In this document: piece after piece, positions 52,859 through 63,138 of the stretch
Numbering within the stretch: position 1 is the stretch's first letter
Layout of the letters: every line of letters begins with the position of its first letter
From: an uncultured delta proteobacterium
GTDB lineage: Bacteria; Myxococcota_A; Polyangia; Polyangiales; Polyangiaceae
Length of the DNA: 64,000 nt
NCBI GenBank assembly: GCA_963696385.1
Contig: CAVOKF010000004.1
Coordinates: forward strand, 320,001 to 384,000
Direction of reading: 5' to 3'
The notes under the pieces: generated by a model
Told to the model about the DNA's origin: nothing
The model's input: the letters and a program-made list of their open reading frames with translations, nothing else
Database searches by the model: none
Translations under genes and position numbers: made by a program

Positions 52859-52934
52859 CGACGACGGGATGTTTACGTCAAGGCGTCGCGCGGATCACCA
52901 CGTCACGCGGTTTTTGACGTAAAAGCGTGACGCG

Positions 52935-53942
52935 ATGCACGTCACCGTCCTGGGCGCCGGGTACATGGGTAGCGCGATCGCCTGCGTCGCTCGCCGACGG
53001 GGCCACGACGTGCGCTTGTGGGGAACGTGGCTCGATGACGGCTTGCTGGAAGCCTGCGAGCGCGGCGCGCCCCATCCCCGCCTCAAGCTCGCCCTGGACG
53101 GCATCGCGCTGTTGCGGTCGGCGCGCTTGGCCGAGGCCCTCGGGGGCGCCGAGCTGGTGGTCTTGGCGGTCAATTCGGAGGGCGTCGTGCCCGTCATGAC
53201 GAGGGCCGTTGGATTTCTGCCGAGCGTCCCGGTGCTGAGCGTCACCAAAGGCCTCCTCGAATCGTCCGTCACCGGGCACATGGACCGCGTCGACGTCGTA
53301 GCGGCGCAGGCCCTTCGGCGTGCCGTTCGCTTCGTTCACGCGGGAGGGCCGGCGAAGGCCATGGAGATCGCCCGAGGCGTCTTGACGTGGATGCAGTTCG
53401 CGGGCAGCCCGGACGATGCAGAGGCGTGCGCGCGCGCTCTTCGCGACGACGCGTTGGTCGTCAGCGTGACCGATGACCTGGCCGGCGCGGCCCTGTGTTC
53501 GGCGCTCAAGAACGCGTACGCGACCGGTCTCGGGCTCTGGGATGGGTACGTCGGCGCCGACGCGCACAATGCGCGCGCCGCTTGCTTCACTCAGGCCATC
53601 GTCGAATTGCGAGCGCTCGTCGCCGCCGGCGGCGGGCGCATCGAGACCGTGCACGGGCCGGCGGGGATCGGCGACCTTCACGTGACGGCGGCCGCCGGGC
53701 GCAATCGGCTGTTCGGCGAGCGGGTCGGCAGAGGCCAGCCGGCTCGCGAGGTCGCCGCCGAAATGAGTGCTTCCGGCGAGCTGACGGAGGGCTATCCGGC
53801 CATTTCTGCCGCATGGCGTTTTGCCCGCGAGCAGGGAGTCCGCGATCTGCCGCTCTTGGAGTCCATCCACGCCATCGTGTGGGAAGCGGCCGACGTGGGC
53901 GACACCCTCGCGCGGTTTCGCATCCTGCCGGCCCAACTATAA
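52935..53942 (+). CDS. gpsA: NAD(P)H-dependent glycerol-3-phosphate dehydrogenase (divergent)
   Basis: LGAGYMG, SVTKG, GGPAKA.E, ALKNAYA, GIGDL.VT, GRNR, EG. Confidence 0.78.
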   Translation: MHVTVLGAGYMGSAIACVARRRGHDVRLWGTWLDDGLLEACERGAPHPRLKLALDGIALLRSARLAEALGGAELVVLAVNSEGVVPVMTRAVGFLPSVPVLSVTKGLLESSVTGHMDRVDVVAAQALRRAVRFVHAGGPAKAMEIARGVLTWMQFAGSPDDAEACARALRDDALVVSVTDDLAGAALCSALKNAYATGLGLWDGYVGADAHNARAACFTQAIVELRALVAAGGGRIETVHGPAGIGDLHVTAAAGRNRLFGERVGRGQPAREVAAEMSASGELTEGYPAISAAWRFAREQGVRDLPLLESIHAIVWEAADVGDTLARFRILPAQL

Positions 53943-54860
53943 CGAATGAAAGTCGAGCGTGATGTCGTCGAACCGAATCTCGAATGCGCCGGAGGGTCCG
54001 GTGACGCTCGTGGCGATCCCGAGGGTCGGTTCCCCGGGCCCGAGCCAACCCGGAGGGATGGTCGGCGGCGGAAGTCCCCCGCCGTTCGCGCCCGTCGTGA
54101 ACACAATCGTCCCGCTGCCGTCTTGGGCGCGGGTGACTTCCAGGTTCAGGCGAATCCATTGGTTCTCGAAGACCTCGGCGAGCGGTACGGGAACCGGAGC
54201 CATCGACGATGCGGAGGACGAATCCTCCTCGGCGCCGGAGGCGTCGAGGGACGCCGCGTCGCCCGAATCGACGCCGCTCGCGCTCGAGTCGAGCTCGGGG
54301 TTGATGACCTTCACGCAGTCGTGCGCGTTCGGAAGGAGCACCATCGAGATCTCGACGTTGTCGGCCATGGTTGCCGGCGTCAAGACGAGGGCTATGCACA
54401 ACGAGGGTTGATCCGCACTCTCGGCGATATCGGCGAGCAGGAGAAACCCCGCGCCGATGGCGTTCGGATCGTCGGTCAGGAAGTTGGCCTGGGCGACTTG
54501 CACATCGACGCCCAGGGTCACGTCATCGAACGTTCGATTGGGAAAGGCCGTTTCGAGTCCCGTAGCGGCCGAGACGCCGGCCGGCATCGGATCCGCCTCG
54601 GTGTCGAGGGCGAACGGCGGCGATACATCGGACGGGACCAGCGTGCGGCTCGTGCCGGGCGGCGGCGTGGGCGATCCCGGCCAGGCCGCGAAGGCATTGG
54701 CCTCATCCGCGTGATCGAAGTCCTCGCAAAAATCGTGATGGTTGGCTGGCTGGTCGCACCATTCGAGCGAGACGTCGTGCACGCCGACGAGCGACGCGCA
54801 GCTCGCCGTCGCGACGAGTGCGCCGAGGCTCGCGACCGCTACCGCGGCATGCCGATTCAC
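53937..54860 (-). CDS. Hypothetical lipoprotein
   Basis: Lipobox TASC, FCEDFD, beta-rich C-terminus ending IRFDDITL; GTGA overlap with the upstream gene. Confidence 0.65.
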   Translation of the reverse strand: MNRHAAVAVASLGALVATASCASLVGVHDVSLEWCDQPANHHDFCEDFDHADEANAFAAWPGSPTPPPGTSRTLVPSDVSPPFALDTEADPMPAGVSAATGLETAFPNRTFDDVTLGVDVQVAQANFLTDDPNAIGAGFLLLADIAESADQPSLCIALVLTPATMADNVEISMVLLPNAHDCVKVINPELDSSASGVDSGDAASLDASGAEEDSSSASSMAPVPVPLAEVFENQWIRLNLEVTRAQDGSGTIVFTTGANGGGLPPPTIPPGWLGPGEPTLGIATSVTGPSGAFEIRFDDITLDFHSL

Positions 54861-55912
54861 CACGTGCCTCGCGCCACCGCCCCTGCGCCGGCCCAGCCGG
54901 CCATGGGGGCAAGACCGAGCGATCCCGCGGGCGACGACGAACCGGGGTGGGCCGTCCAGTACAGCGCGATGCCGGCAGCGACCAGCAGGCCGCCCGCTGC
55001 GAACGCGACATCCAATCCGGTCGCCGCGTGGCGCGCGTCGCTCACCGCCGAGTAGCCCGTGCTGTCGCAGACCCCGTCGACACAGTGCCCGTGCGAGTCG
55101 CTCTCGCGAGCCAGCGCCACGGCTCCGAGGACGCCCCCCCCCAGGAGCACCGCCACGCCCACGCCACCGACGACCCACCCTGCGGTTCGTTGCCCGGGGC
55201 CGGGGTGGGGCCCGGTGGGCGCGGCTCGCGTCGCTCCGTTTCGGGCCGCTTCGGGCCAGGCCGATCCGACCTTTCCGATCGGGGAGGGGGTGGGCGCCGG
55301 CTCCGGCGCAAGCTCGAGGGGAGGCACCTCGATCGATGCCCTTGCGCCCGCTCCCGGGATCGGCGCGGTCGTTTGCCACGTCCGCTGGCCGGGCGCGCTC
55401 GCCTCGACGACATGAGTCCCGGGGTCGACGGGGATGGGCGTACCCCATTCGGCGCGCCCGACCACCTCGCCATCGCGCCGAATCTGCAAATCGACACGAT
55501 CGGCCTTCTGGGGCACAACGATCGTGAGCAGCGGTAGGGTCGGCTCGAGTTCGGCGACCCGGTCGAGGGCCATGCGGGCCCGCTCGGGCTGGTTGGCTTT
55601 GCGCGCCTGGACCGCGGCCTCTTTGAACGTGACCCACGCGCTCGCGATTTGGCCGCTGCGGTCATAGCAAGTCGCCAGATTGAGGATCGTGCCGGGCGCC
55701 GGATCGATCCGTTCGCTTTCAGCGAACTTCGGGCAAGCGGACGCGGTTTGACCCGCGGCCATGAGATCGCGTCCCTGCTTGAAGAGCGCTTCGGCCGCCG
55801 CCTGATCGGATCCGCTCTGCCCGGCGACGGGCGCGGAAAGCGTCAGCGCGGCGAACGCGACGCCGACCAAGACAGCTGCCGCGCGCGCGCGTTTCGGACG
55901 GGTGCTCAGCAA
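54857..55912 (-). CDS. Myxobacterial TPR/PEGA-like exported protein with C-terminal membrane segments
   Basis: Signal peptide, AEALFKQGR...ACPKFAES..DP..GT.LNLA.CY, PVDPG.H.VEASAPG, hydrophobic C-terminus; start uncertain. Confidence 0.72.
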   Translation of the reverse strand: MLSTRPKRARAAAVLVGVAFAALTLSAPVAGQSGSDQAAAEALFKQGRDLMAAGQTASACPKFAESERIDPAPGTILNLATCYDRSGQIASAWVTFKEAAVQARKANQPERARMALDRVAELEPTLPLLTIVVPQKADRVDLQIRRDGEVVGRAEWGTPIPVDPGTHVVEASAPGQRTWQTTAPIPGAGARASIEVPPLELAPEPAPTPSPIGKVGSAWPEAARNGATRAAPTGPHPGPGQRTAGWVVGGVGVAVLLGGGVLGAVALARESDSHGHCVDGVCDSTGYSAVSDARHAATGLDVAFAAGGLLVAAGIALYWTAHPGSSSPAGSLGLAPMAGWAGAGAVARGTW

Positions 55913-56143
55913 GAGCTCACCATGAGGGCGATGATACGGCGACCTGCCGCGGACGCGGCATCTTTACGACCACCGCCCTCTCATGCGGCAGAGGGACGCC
56001 GAACCGAGGCCGAACCGAAACGGCGGGCTTCATGGCAGCGGCATCGGCATGAGCCCGATCGGTTCGGCCCGCGGTGGGGTTTGCTCGCGCGCGGGCGCTC
56101 CACGCTTGCAGTGCCGTCGGCGCGGCAGTTAGATCATCGCGAG

Positions 56144-57598
56144 ATGACGCTGCCCCCCGCGGCCTTTTTCGACGCCGTCGCACGCGACTTTCCGTCCGAT
56201 CTGCTGACGCGAGACGCGTCCGACCTGACCGAGTACGGGCGCGATTGGACACGCGTCGTCGAGCCGGCACCGTGCGCCATCGCGTTGCCGAGAACGGCCG
56301 AACAGGTCGCGCGTCTCGTCAAGCTCTGCGCGGTTCATTCGGTCCCCGTCGTCCCCTCCGGGGGGCGCACCGGGCTTGCCGGCGGAGCCATTGCGGCTCG
56401 CGGCGAGCTCGTGATGTCACTCGCTCGCATGCGGGCCCTCGGTCCCGTCGACGTCGTCGGGGGCACTGTGCGCGTCGAGGCGGGCGCGATCACTCAGGCC
56501 GTGCACGAGCACGCAGCGCCCTTCGGTCTCACCTGGCCGATCGATTTTGCTTCGAAGGGGTCGAGCACGGTCGGCGGCAACATCGCCACGAACGCGGGTG
56601 GCGTACGCGTTATCCGCTGGGGCCTGACTCGCCAGTGGGTTCTCGGACTCCGGGTCGTTCTGGCGAGCGGCGACGTCCTGGAGATCAACGGTGCGCTCGA
56701 AAAGAACAACACGGGCCTCGACCTTCGCCAGCTGTTCATCGGCAGCGAAGGAACGCTCGGCATCATCACCGAAGCGACGCTCAAACTCGCGCGTGTCCCG
56801 GATCGGGGCGCCGTGTTGCTCTTTGCAGTCGATGACCTGGCGGCTGTGCTGCGCCTGTTTCGAGAGACGCGCGCGTCTCCGTTCGTCATCTCCGCCTACG
56901 AAATGTTCACGGACGTATGCCTGGCGCGCGTTCTCCAGCACCGCAAGATCCGCGCGCCGCTCTCGGCGGCGGTCAGCCATTACGTTTTGGTCGAGATCGA
57001 ATCCCCTCCGGGGGGTGATGCGCTCGAGTCCTGGGTCACGTCCCTTCTCGAGCGCGAAGTCGTGAGGGACGGCGTGCTGGCTCAAACGGCCACAGAGGCG
57101 CGCGATCTATGGGCGTTGCGCGAATCGATCAGTGAGTCGCTGTCGGCGACCGGAACTCCCCACAAGAACGACGTCGCTTTGCCCATTGCCGAGCTCGAGG
57201 ACTTTTGCGCCGCGCTCGGCGCGGTCTTTGCGCGCCGCTATCCCGGCTGGGAAATTTGCCTTTTCGGCCATATCGGCGACGGCAACCTCCACGTCAACGT
57301 CATGAAGCCCGAGGGAATCGACAGGGCAAGATTTCTCGCCCGAACCCAAGAAGCCGACCGCGATTTGTTCGACCTGGTGCGCCGTCACGGTGGAAGCATC
57401 AGCGCGGAGCACGGCGTCGGCCTTCTCAAGAAGCCATGGCTCGGCTGGTCCCGCTCTCCCCAGGAGATCGCCGCGATGCGAGCGGTCAAACGAGCCCTGG
57501 ACCCCGCCAATCTATTGAACCCCGGCAAGATCTTCGACGCCGCCGACGTGGCGACCCCACCCGAAGACCCAGGTGCTCGCGGGGGGCGCGTTCAGTAG
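56144..57598 (+). CDS. FAD-linked oxidase, D-2-hydroxyglutarate/D-lactate dehydrogenase family
   Basis: PSGGRTGLAGG, GGNIATNAGG, KNNTGLDL, GSEGTLG, FGHIGDGNLH, SAEHGVG, NPGK. Confidence 0.88.
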   Translation: MTLPPAAFFDAVARDFPSDLLTRDASDLTEYGRDWTRVVEPAPCAIALPRTAEQVARLVKLCAVHSVPVVPSGGRTGLAGGAIAARGELVMSLARMRALGPVDVVGGTVRVEAGAITQAVHEHAAPFGLTWPIDFASKGSSTVGGNIATNAGGVRVIRWGLTRQWVLGLRVVLASGDVLEINGALEKNNTGLDLRQLFIGSEGTLGIITEATLKLARVPDRGAVLLFAVDDLAAVLRLFRETRASPFVISAYEMFTDVCLARVLQHRKIRAPLSAAVSHYVLVEIESPPGGDALESWVTSLLEREVVRDGVLAQTATEARDLWALRESISESLSATGTPHKNDVALPIAELEDFCAALGAVFARRYPGWEICLFGHIGDGNLHVNVMKPEGIDRARFLARTQEADRDLFDLVRRHGGSISAEHGVGLLKKPWLGWSRSPQEIAAMRAVKRALDPANLLNPGKIFDAADVATPPEDPGARGGRVQ

Positions 57599-58821
57599 AG
57601 GATTCTCGTCTTGATGCTCGTCGCCAGTGCCGCAAGCGCCTTCTTCACGTCGCGCGACACGTCTTGGTCCAAGTCCATCACGAGGTAGCCGATGTCCGGG
57701 TCGGTCGCGAGGACCTGGGCGGCGATGTTCGCTCCCATGTCGCTGACGAGGCGGTTGATGTCGCGCAGCACGCCCGGGACGTTCTTGTGCACGTTCAAGA
57801 TGCGATGCTTGCCGGAGGTGAGGGCCGTATCGATGTGCGGAAAATTCACCGCGCCGGTCGTGACGCCGGCATTGACGAACTTGATGAGCGCCGCACCCAC
57901 CTCGCGGCCGATGGCCTCTTGGGCTTCCGCCGTCGAACCGCCGATGTGAGGCGTCATGAGCACGTTGCCCAGCCCTCGGAGCGGTGTGGCGAACCCATCG
58001 CTGTTCGACTTGGGTTCCTCCGGGAAAACGTCGATGGCTGCACCCGCCAGATGGCCCGTCTTGAGCGCCTCCGCGAGCGCGGGAATGTCGACCACCGTGC
58101 CGCGGCTCGCGTTCAGCAAGTAGCTGCCGCTGCGCATCCGCGCCATTTCGGCCGCTCCGATCATACGTCGCGTCTGCGGCGTCTCGGGAACGTGCAGCGT
58201 GACGAAATCGCTCGCGAGCAGCAGTTCGTCGAGCGTTTTTTTGGACTGGTTGTTGCCCATCGGCAACTTGGCCGCGACGTCGAAGAAAAGCACGCGCATG
58301 CCGAGACCTTCGGCGATGACGCCGACCTGCCGTCCGATGTGCCCATAGCCGACGATACCGAGCGTTTTGCCACGGATTTCGTAGGAGTCCGTCGCGACCT
58401 TGCGCCACTGTCCCGCATGCATCTCGCGGACGCGGTCGCCCAGGCGGCGAGACAGCATCACGATTTCTGCCATGATCATCTCGGCGACGCTGCGCGTATT
58501 CGAGAACGGCGCGTTGAAAACCGGAACCCCGTGGCGATTCGCAGCGGCCAACTCGACCTGATTCGTTCCGATGCAAAAGCAGCCGACCGCCAACAGGCGC
58601 CGAGCGCGCGCCAGCACGGCATCGGTCACGAGCGTCTTGCTCCGGATGCCGAGCACGTGCACGTCGTCGATTCGATTCGCGAGCTCTTCGGTTGCCAGCG
58701 CGCCCGGCAGCGTCTCGATGTGAAAGCCTTCGCCGCGAAAGAGTTCATGGGCGCTCGGGTGAATGTTTTCGAGCAGCAGAATCTTGATCTGGTCCTTGGG
58801 AAATGACGTGGGAGCGGTCAC
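57592..58821 (-). CDS. serA: D-3-phosphoglycerate dehydrogenase (type II, ACT domain)
   Basis: GCFCIGTNQV, NAPFSNTRSVAE, GYGHIG, NASRG, TPHIGGST.EAQ, H.NVPGVL. Confidence 0.96.
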   Translation of the reverse strand: MTAPTSFPKDQIKILLLENIHPSAHELFRGEGFHIETLPGALATEELANRIDDVHVLGIRSKTLVTDAVLARARRLLAVGCFCIGTNQVELAAANRHGVPVFNAPFSNTRSVAEMIMAEIVMLSRRLGDRVREMHAGQWRKVATDSYEIRGKTLGIVGYGHIGRQVGVIAEGLGMRVLFFDVAAKLPMGNNQSKKTLDELLLASDFVTLHVPETPQTRRMIGAAEMARMRSGSYLLNASRGTVVDIPALAEALKTGHLAGAAIDVFPEEPKSNSDGFATPLRGLGNVLMTPHIGGSTAEAQEAIGREVGAALIKFVNAGVTTGAVNFPHIDTALTSGKHRILNVHKNVPGVLRDINRLVSDMGANIAAQVLATDPDIGYLVMDLDQDVSRDVKKALAALATSIKTRILY

Positions 58822-59174
58822 GTTCGCGGGTGTAACTCGGCCTTCCCGAGGCCGCTAGGCCCCCGGCGCCGCAGCGACGGGCGGATCGGCGGGGCAGATG
58901 CTCGGGCGACGAATCGAGTGCGTTGCGCCCTGGAGCGCTGGCTCGACGAGCCGGACACGGGCCCGTCGAGTGGCTCGAAACCGGGAGCGCCGCCCTCGTC
59001 GTTTCGCGGCCCGTCGGCAGCCCCGGCGCGCTGGGACGTCGTGTTGGGGGGTGGGTGCCCCTGCTGGTCTGTCCGGGACCGGTCCGAAGCCCGGCGGGTC
59101 GTCGTGGCACAAAACGATCGCGTCCGGCGGGAATAACCTTCCCGTCCGTCGGTTTTTCGCGGCAGATCTCTCAG

Positions 59175-59202
59175 TTGACAAGAGCCTTCCCATCGGTACG
59201 AT
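59175..59202 (+). promoter_or_regulatory. sigma70-type promoter for the Gld-like ABC operon
   Basis: TTGACA-N16-TACGAT. Confidence 0.6.
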
Positions 59203-59358
59203 GCGCCGCCACTTCCGTGATGCCCTTGCGCGTTTGGAGGAGAATTGCCTCTCGGGCGAGCGACATCGGGGGGGATGACGCGACGTTCACGGTTGCACCG
59301 CACGGCCGCGCGCGGCCGTGTCGTCTCTCGGACACGAACTGTTCAGGCTGGAGCCGAA

Positions 59359-60492
59359 ATGTCCAATGACGTGGTGATCTCCGCAGTCGATCTGTCGAAG
59401 AGCTTTGGGTCCTTCCGGGCGCTCGACAAGGTTAATTTCGAGGTAAAACGTGGCGAGATCGTGGGCTTCCTCGGGCCGAACGGCGCCGGCAAGTCGACGA
59501 CGATGCGCATCCTGACGTGCTTCATCGCACCGACCGACGGCACCGCGCGCGTCAACGGGCACGACGTGTTCGACGAGTCGCTGCAAGTCCGCGAGAGCCT
59601 GGGGTATCTGCCGCAGCGCGCTCCCCTTTACCTCGAAATGAGCGTGCTCGAGTACCTGCGCTTCGCTGCCGAGCTCCGTCACCTGGACGCCGAGACGTTT
59701 CGAAAGCATGCGAAGAGCGTCGTGGAGGTCTGCGGTCTCGCGCAGGTGCTGGGCAAAGAGATCCGCCATCTGTCCCACGGCTACCGGCAGCGGGTCGGTC
59801 TCGCGCAAGCCCTGATTCACGATCCGCCGATTCTCATCCTCGACGAGCCCACGAGCGACTTGGACCCGAACGAGAAGGCCGAGTTTCTGGACTACTTGAA
59901 GCAGATTGGCGAGCAGCGCACCGTAATGCTGTCGACGCACAACCTTGCTGAGGTCGAGGCGTCGTGTGCACGCGCCATCATCGTCTCGCGCGGACGCATC
60001 GTCGCGGACGGCCCCCTCGACGAGATTCGAGCCAAGAGCGGTCGTGTCCGGTACGTCGTTTCCATCCAGGAATCAGCGGGTGCCCGTCCGTATCGCGGTC
60101 GCGGCGCGCCCCCGAAGAAGAGCGAGGCCGAAGACGTGCTCGGCAAGGTCGACGGCGTCAAGAAGCTGAGCGAGCTGCCGACCGACGAAGGCGCGCTCGC
60201 ATACGAACTCGTCAGCGAGCGCGACGTCGATCTGCGTCCCGAGGTCTTCCGGGCCGTTGCCGACAAGGGTTGGGTGCTCCTCGAATTGCACCGCGACGCG
60301 CAGACACTCGAGGACGTCTTCCGGGCGCTTACGATCGGCGACGAACGTCGCAATCGCCGGCTGTCCGCGAGCGGCGACGCCGACGCCGACGCCGACGAAG
60401 AGGACGAACGAAACGACGACGACGATTCGACTGGCGCGGCGCGCACGCATTCGCGCGACGCCGCAAAGGCCGCGAGCGAAGAGCGGAGTTGA
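59359..60492 (+). CDS. ABC transporter ATP-binding protein (GldA-like) with acidic tail
   Basis: GPNGAGKST, LSHGYRQR, LDEPTSDLD, STH; GGAG RBS. Confidence 0.92.
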   Translation: MSNDVVISAVDLSKSFGSFRALDKVNFEVKRGEIVGFLGPNGAGKSTTMRILTCFIAPTDGTARVNGHDVFDESLQVRESLGYLPQRAPLYLEMSVLEYLRFAAELRHLDAETFRKHAKSVVEVCGLAQVLGKEIRHLSHGYRQRVGLAQALIHDPPILILDEPTSDLDPNEKAEFLDYLKQIGEQRTVMLSTHNLAEVEASCARAIIVSRGRIVADGPLDEIRAKSGRVRYVVSIQESAGARPYRGRGAPPKKSEAEDVLGKVDGVKKLSELPTDEGALAYELVSERDVDLRPEVFRAVADKGWVLLELHRDAQTLEDVFRALTIGDERRNRRLSASGDADADADEEDERNDDDDSTGAARTHSRDAAKAASEERS

Positions 60493-60496
60493 ACCA

Positions 60497-61261
60497 ATGC
60501 GAAATATTCTCATCATTGCCCGTCGCGACCTACGCGCCCAGTTCAACTCGCCGGTGGCCTACGTGGTCCTCGGCGGGACGATGCTGCTTCTCGGTGTCGT
60601 CTTCTTCGTCATCCCGCACATGAGCGTCGGCGCGGAGTTGGTCGGCGGGTTTTGGGACATCGACCACGCGACGGTCGAACAAATGTTCACGTACATTCCG
60701 CCGCTGCTCAGCGTGTTCGTGATCCCCGCCGTCACGATGCGTTCGCTGGCTGCGGAGAAAGGGACCGGGACCCTCGAGCTTCTCATCACGATGCCCGTGC
60801 GCGACAGCGAGGTCATTCTGGGCAAGTACCTCGCGGCGTGCACGATGGTCTTCGTTCTGCTCGCGGCGACCGTGATTTACCCCGTCGCCATGTTCGTGTG
60901 GCCGTGGCACCTCGGGGCACTCGATTGGGGGCCGGTCTGGTCGGGCTACGTGGGCTGCTTTCTCTTCACGTGTGCAGCGGTCGGCGTCGGAATGATGTTC
61001 TCGAGTCTGACGGAAAGCGACGTCGTGGCGTTTTTCTTGACGACGGGCACGTTCGTCATCCTCTACGTCATCGGCGCCATCGCCGCGCTGTTTCACGGAG
61101 GCGCCTTCGCCGATGCGGTCGACTTCATATCGTTTCAGAGTCGCTATCGTGCATTTCCTCGCGGGCTCATCGACACGCGCGCCGTCGTTTACTTCTTTTC
61201 GGTCGCGATCCTGTGCTTGCTCGTGAGCTTTCGTTCGCTCGAGAGCCGCAAGTGGTCCTGA
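60497..61261 (+). CDS. ABC-2 permease (GldF-like)
   Basis: FNSPVAY, PAVTMRSLA.EK.TGTLELL.T.P, ILGKY, RGLIDTR.VVYF. Confidence 0.9.
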   Translation: MRNILIIARRDLRAQFNSPVAYVVLGGTMLLLGVVFFVIPHMSVGAELVGGFWDIDHATVEQMFTYIPPLLSVFVIPAVTMRSLAAEKGTGTLELLITMPVRDSEVILGKYLAACTMVFVLLAATVIYPVAMFVWPWHLGALDWGPVWSGYVGCFLFTCAAVGVGMMFSSLTESDVVAFFLTTGTFVILYVIGAIAALFHGGAFADAVDFISFQSRYRAFPRGLIDTRAVVYFFSVAILCLLVSFRSLESRKWS

Positions 61262-61293
61262 TCCGGTATTGGCTCTGACAGATTGGGTTCCCC

Positions 61294-63120
61294 ATGGAAA
61301 AGCGTAAAAAGACCGCAGTCGAAAGCGGAGTACTCATCGCCATCGTTGCGGCGATACTCGTGGCCCTGAACGCCCTCTCGGCGCTCGGAATCTACGCGCG
61401 CAAAGACGTGACGAAGACCGAGAAATTCACTCTCTCGAAAGGCAGTGGGGCGCTGCTCCGATCGATGAAGCAGGACCTCACCGTCGATGCGTACGTGACC
61501 AAGGGCCTTCCGAAGCTCGATGCGTTCGTCCGCGACCTGCGCGATTTGCTGCAGGAGTACTTGAACGCGAGCGGCGGCAAGTTCCACTACACGATCATCG
61601 AGCCCAAGGACGAGGACACCAAGAAAAAGGCCAAGGAGGCGGGGCTCGTCGAGCAGCCGTTCGGAGAGGCGACCGACGAGAAGGAAGCCGTCACGGAAGG
61701 CTACATGGGTTTGGTCTTGCGCTACGGCGAGCAGCAAGACGTCATCAAGTTCTTGCCCCCGGACCGCACCGACGGTCTCGAGTTTTGGATCACGAACAAG
61801 ATCCGAGAAATTCGGGACAAGGGCGATGACATCCATCACAAGATCGGGGTTCTCACCGGCCACGACGAGATCAAGCCGAGCGAATCGAATTTGGCGCCGA
61901 GCAGCATGGGCAAGTTCGCCATGCAAACGATCGTCACGCAGAATTTTCCCTTCTATACGTTTCAGGACGTGGACCTGAAAGGCGGTGACGTCCCGGTTCC
62001 CGACGAGCTCGACGGGCTCCTCATCACTCAGCCCGGCAAGGACATCTCGGAGAAGGAGCTCCGGCGCATCGACCAGTTCGTGATGAAGGGCAAGTCGCTG
62101 GCTCTGTTTGCCAGCGCCGTGAACGTCAAAGCGAACGATGCGTCGATGGACGCGAGCCTCAACCTGCACGGGCTCGACAAGCTGCTCGGCGGCTACGGCA
62201 TCGACGTCGACCGGGACGTCGTGCTCGATCTCTGGCACCACGTTCGGCTGATCGTGCCGACGATGGGCGGTATGGCGAGCGCGGAGCTTCAGGCCATCCT
62301 CGATGTCCAGGACGATCCGCGGTTTGCGGGCAGCGAACAGCTCATCGATACGAGCTTTCCGTGCCTGTTCCGCGTTCAGGATCTCGCGGTTCCCTTTGCA
62401 TCGAGTCTCACGTTGAAAGCCGACAAGCAGCCCGGCGCAAAGATGCGTGTCGTCGCTCGTTCGTCGCCTTTCTCGGTGCACCTGACGGGCGACACCGTCG
62501 ACCTCAAGCCCTTTCAGAAGTGGGCGGGCAAGCTCAAGGGGCTCAAACAAGAGCAGTACACCATCGGCGCCGACGTCGAGGGGACGCTGAAGAGCGCTTT
62601 CGCGGGCGGCGGCGAGAACCAGGGCGTCGACGCGCCGGCGGAGAGCGCCAAACCGGCTCGTGTATTTCTCCTTTCGTCGTCGCAGTTCCTGACGAATCCG
62701 CTCGCGCGCGCAGGCAACGGCCCGGACATGGGTCAGTACGGCATGATGATGCCGAACCTCGGGGGCGACGAACAGTTGATCGCTTTGGCCGGCCCCTACA
62801 CGCAGCAATTCGTGACCGGCTCGATTCTCGTGTTCAAGAACACGCTCGACTGGTTGAGCGGCGACACGGACTTGCTTGCCGTCAGCGCAAAGCTCTTGAG
62901 CGATCCGAACCTCGTCTACGGCGACAAGATCAAGGTCACGCCGGATGAGACCGAGGAGCAGCTGCGCAAACAGGAGGACGAGCTCAAGGCTGCTCGAAAA
63001 GACGAGCAGCGCAACATCGAAGTGCTGCTCATTCTCGGCATCCCGCTGCTCTTCGGGGCGTACGGTCTCGCTCGGTGGCGCTTGCGGATGAACGCACGCT
63101 CGCACGTCTCGCTCGCGTAA
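61294..63120 (+). CDS. GldG-like ABC transporter auxiliary component
   Basis: DVTKTEKFTLS, RDLLQEY, GVLTGHDE, IDQFVMKG, N.LDWL, C-terminal TM. Confidence 0.85.
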   Translation: MEKRKKTAVESGVLIAIVAAILVALNALSALGIYARKDVTKTEKFTLSKGSGALLRSMKQDLTVDAYVTKGLPKLDAFVRDLRDLLQEYLNASGGKFHYTIIEPKDEDTKKKAKEAGLVEQPFGEATDEKEAVTEGYMGLVLRYGEQQDVIKFLPPDRTDGLEFWITNKIREIRDKGDDIHHKIGVLTGHDEIKPSESNLAPSSMGKFAMQTIVTQNFPFYTFQDVDLKGGDVPVPDELDGLLITQPGKDISEKELRRIDQFVMKGKSLALFASAVNVKANDASMDASLNLHGLDKLLGGYGIDVDRDVVLDLWHHVRLIVPTMGGMASAELQAILDVQDDPRFAGSEQLIDTSFPCLFRVQDLAVPFASSLTLKADKQPGAKMRVVARSSPFSVHLTGDTVDLKPFQKWAGKLKGLKQEQYTIGADVEGTLKSAFAGGGENQGVDAPAESAKPARVFLLSSSQFLTNPLARAGNGPDMGQYGMMMPNLGGDEQLIALAGPYTQQFVTGSILVFKNTLDWLSGDTDLLAVSAKLLSDPNLVYGDKIKVTPDETEEQLRKQEDELKAARKDEQRNIEVLLILGIPLLFGAYGLARWRLRMNARSHVSLA

Positions 63121-63138
63121 GGGATCCGATCGGACACA

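Noticed and set aside
58822..59358. Riboswitch or leader RNA upstream of serA
   Set aside because: No recognisable aptamer consensus by eye; only a promoter-like element for the divergent operon. An Rfam scan would be needed
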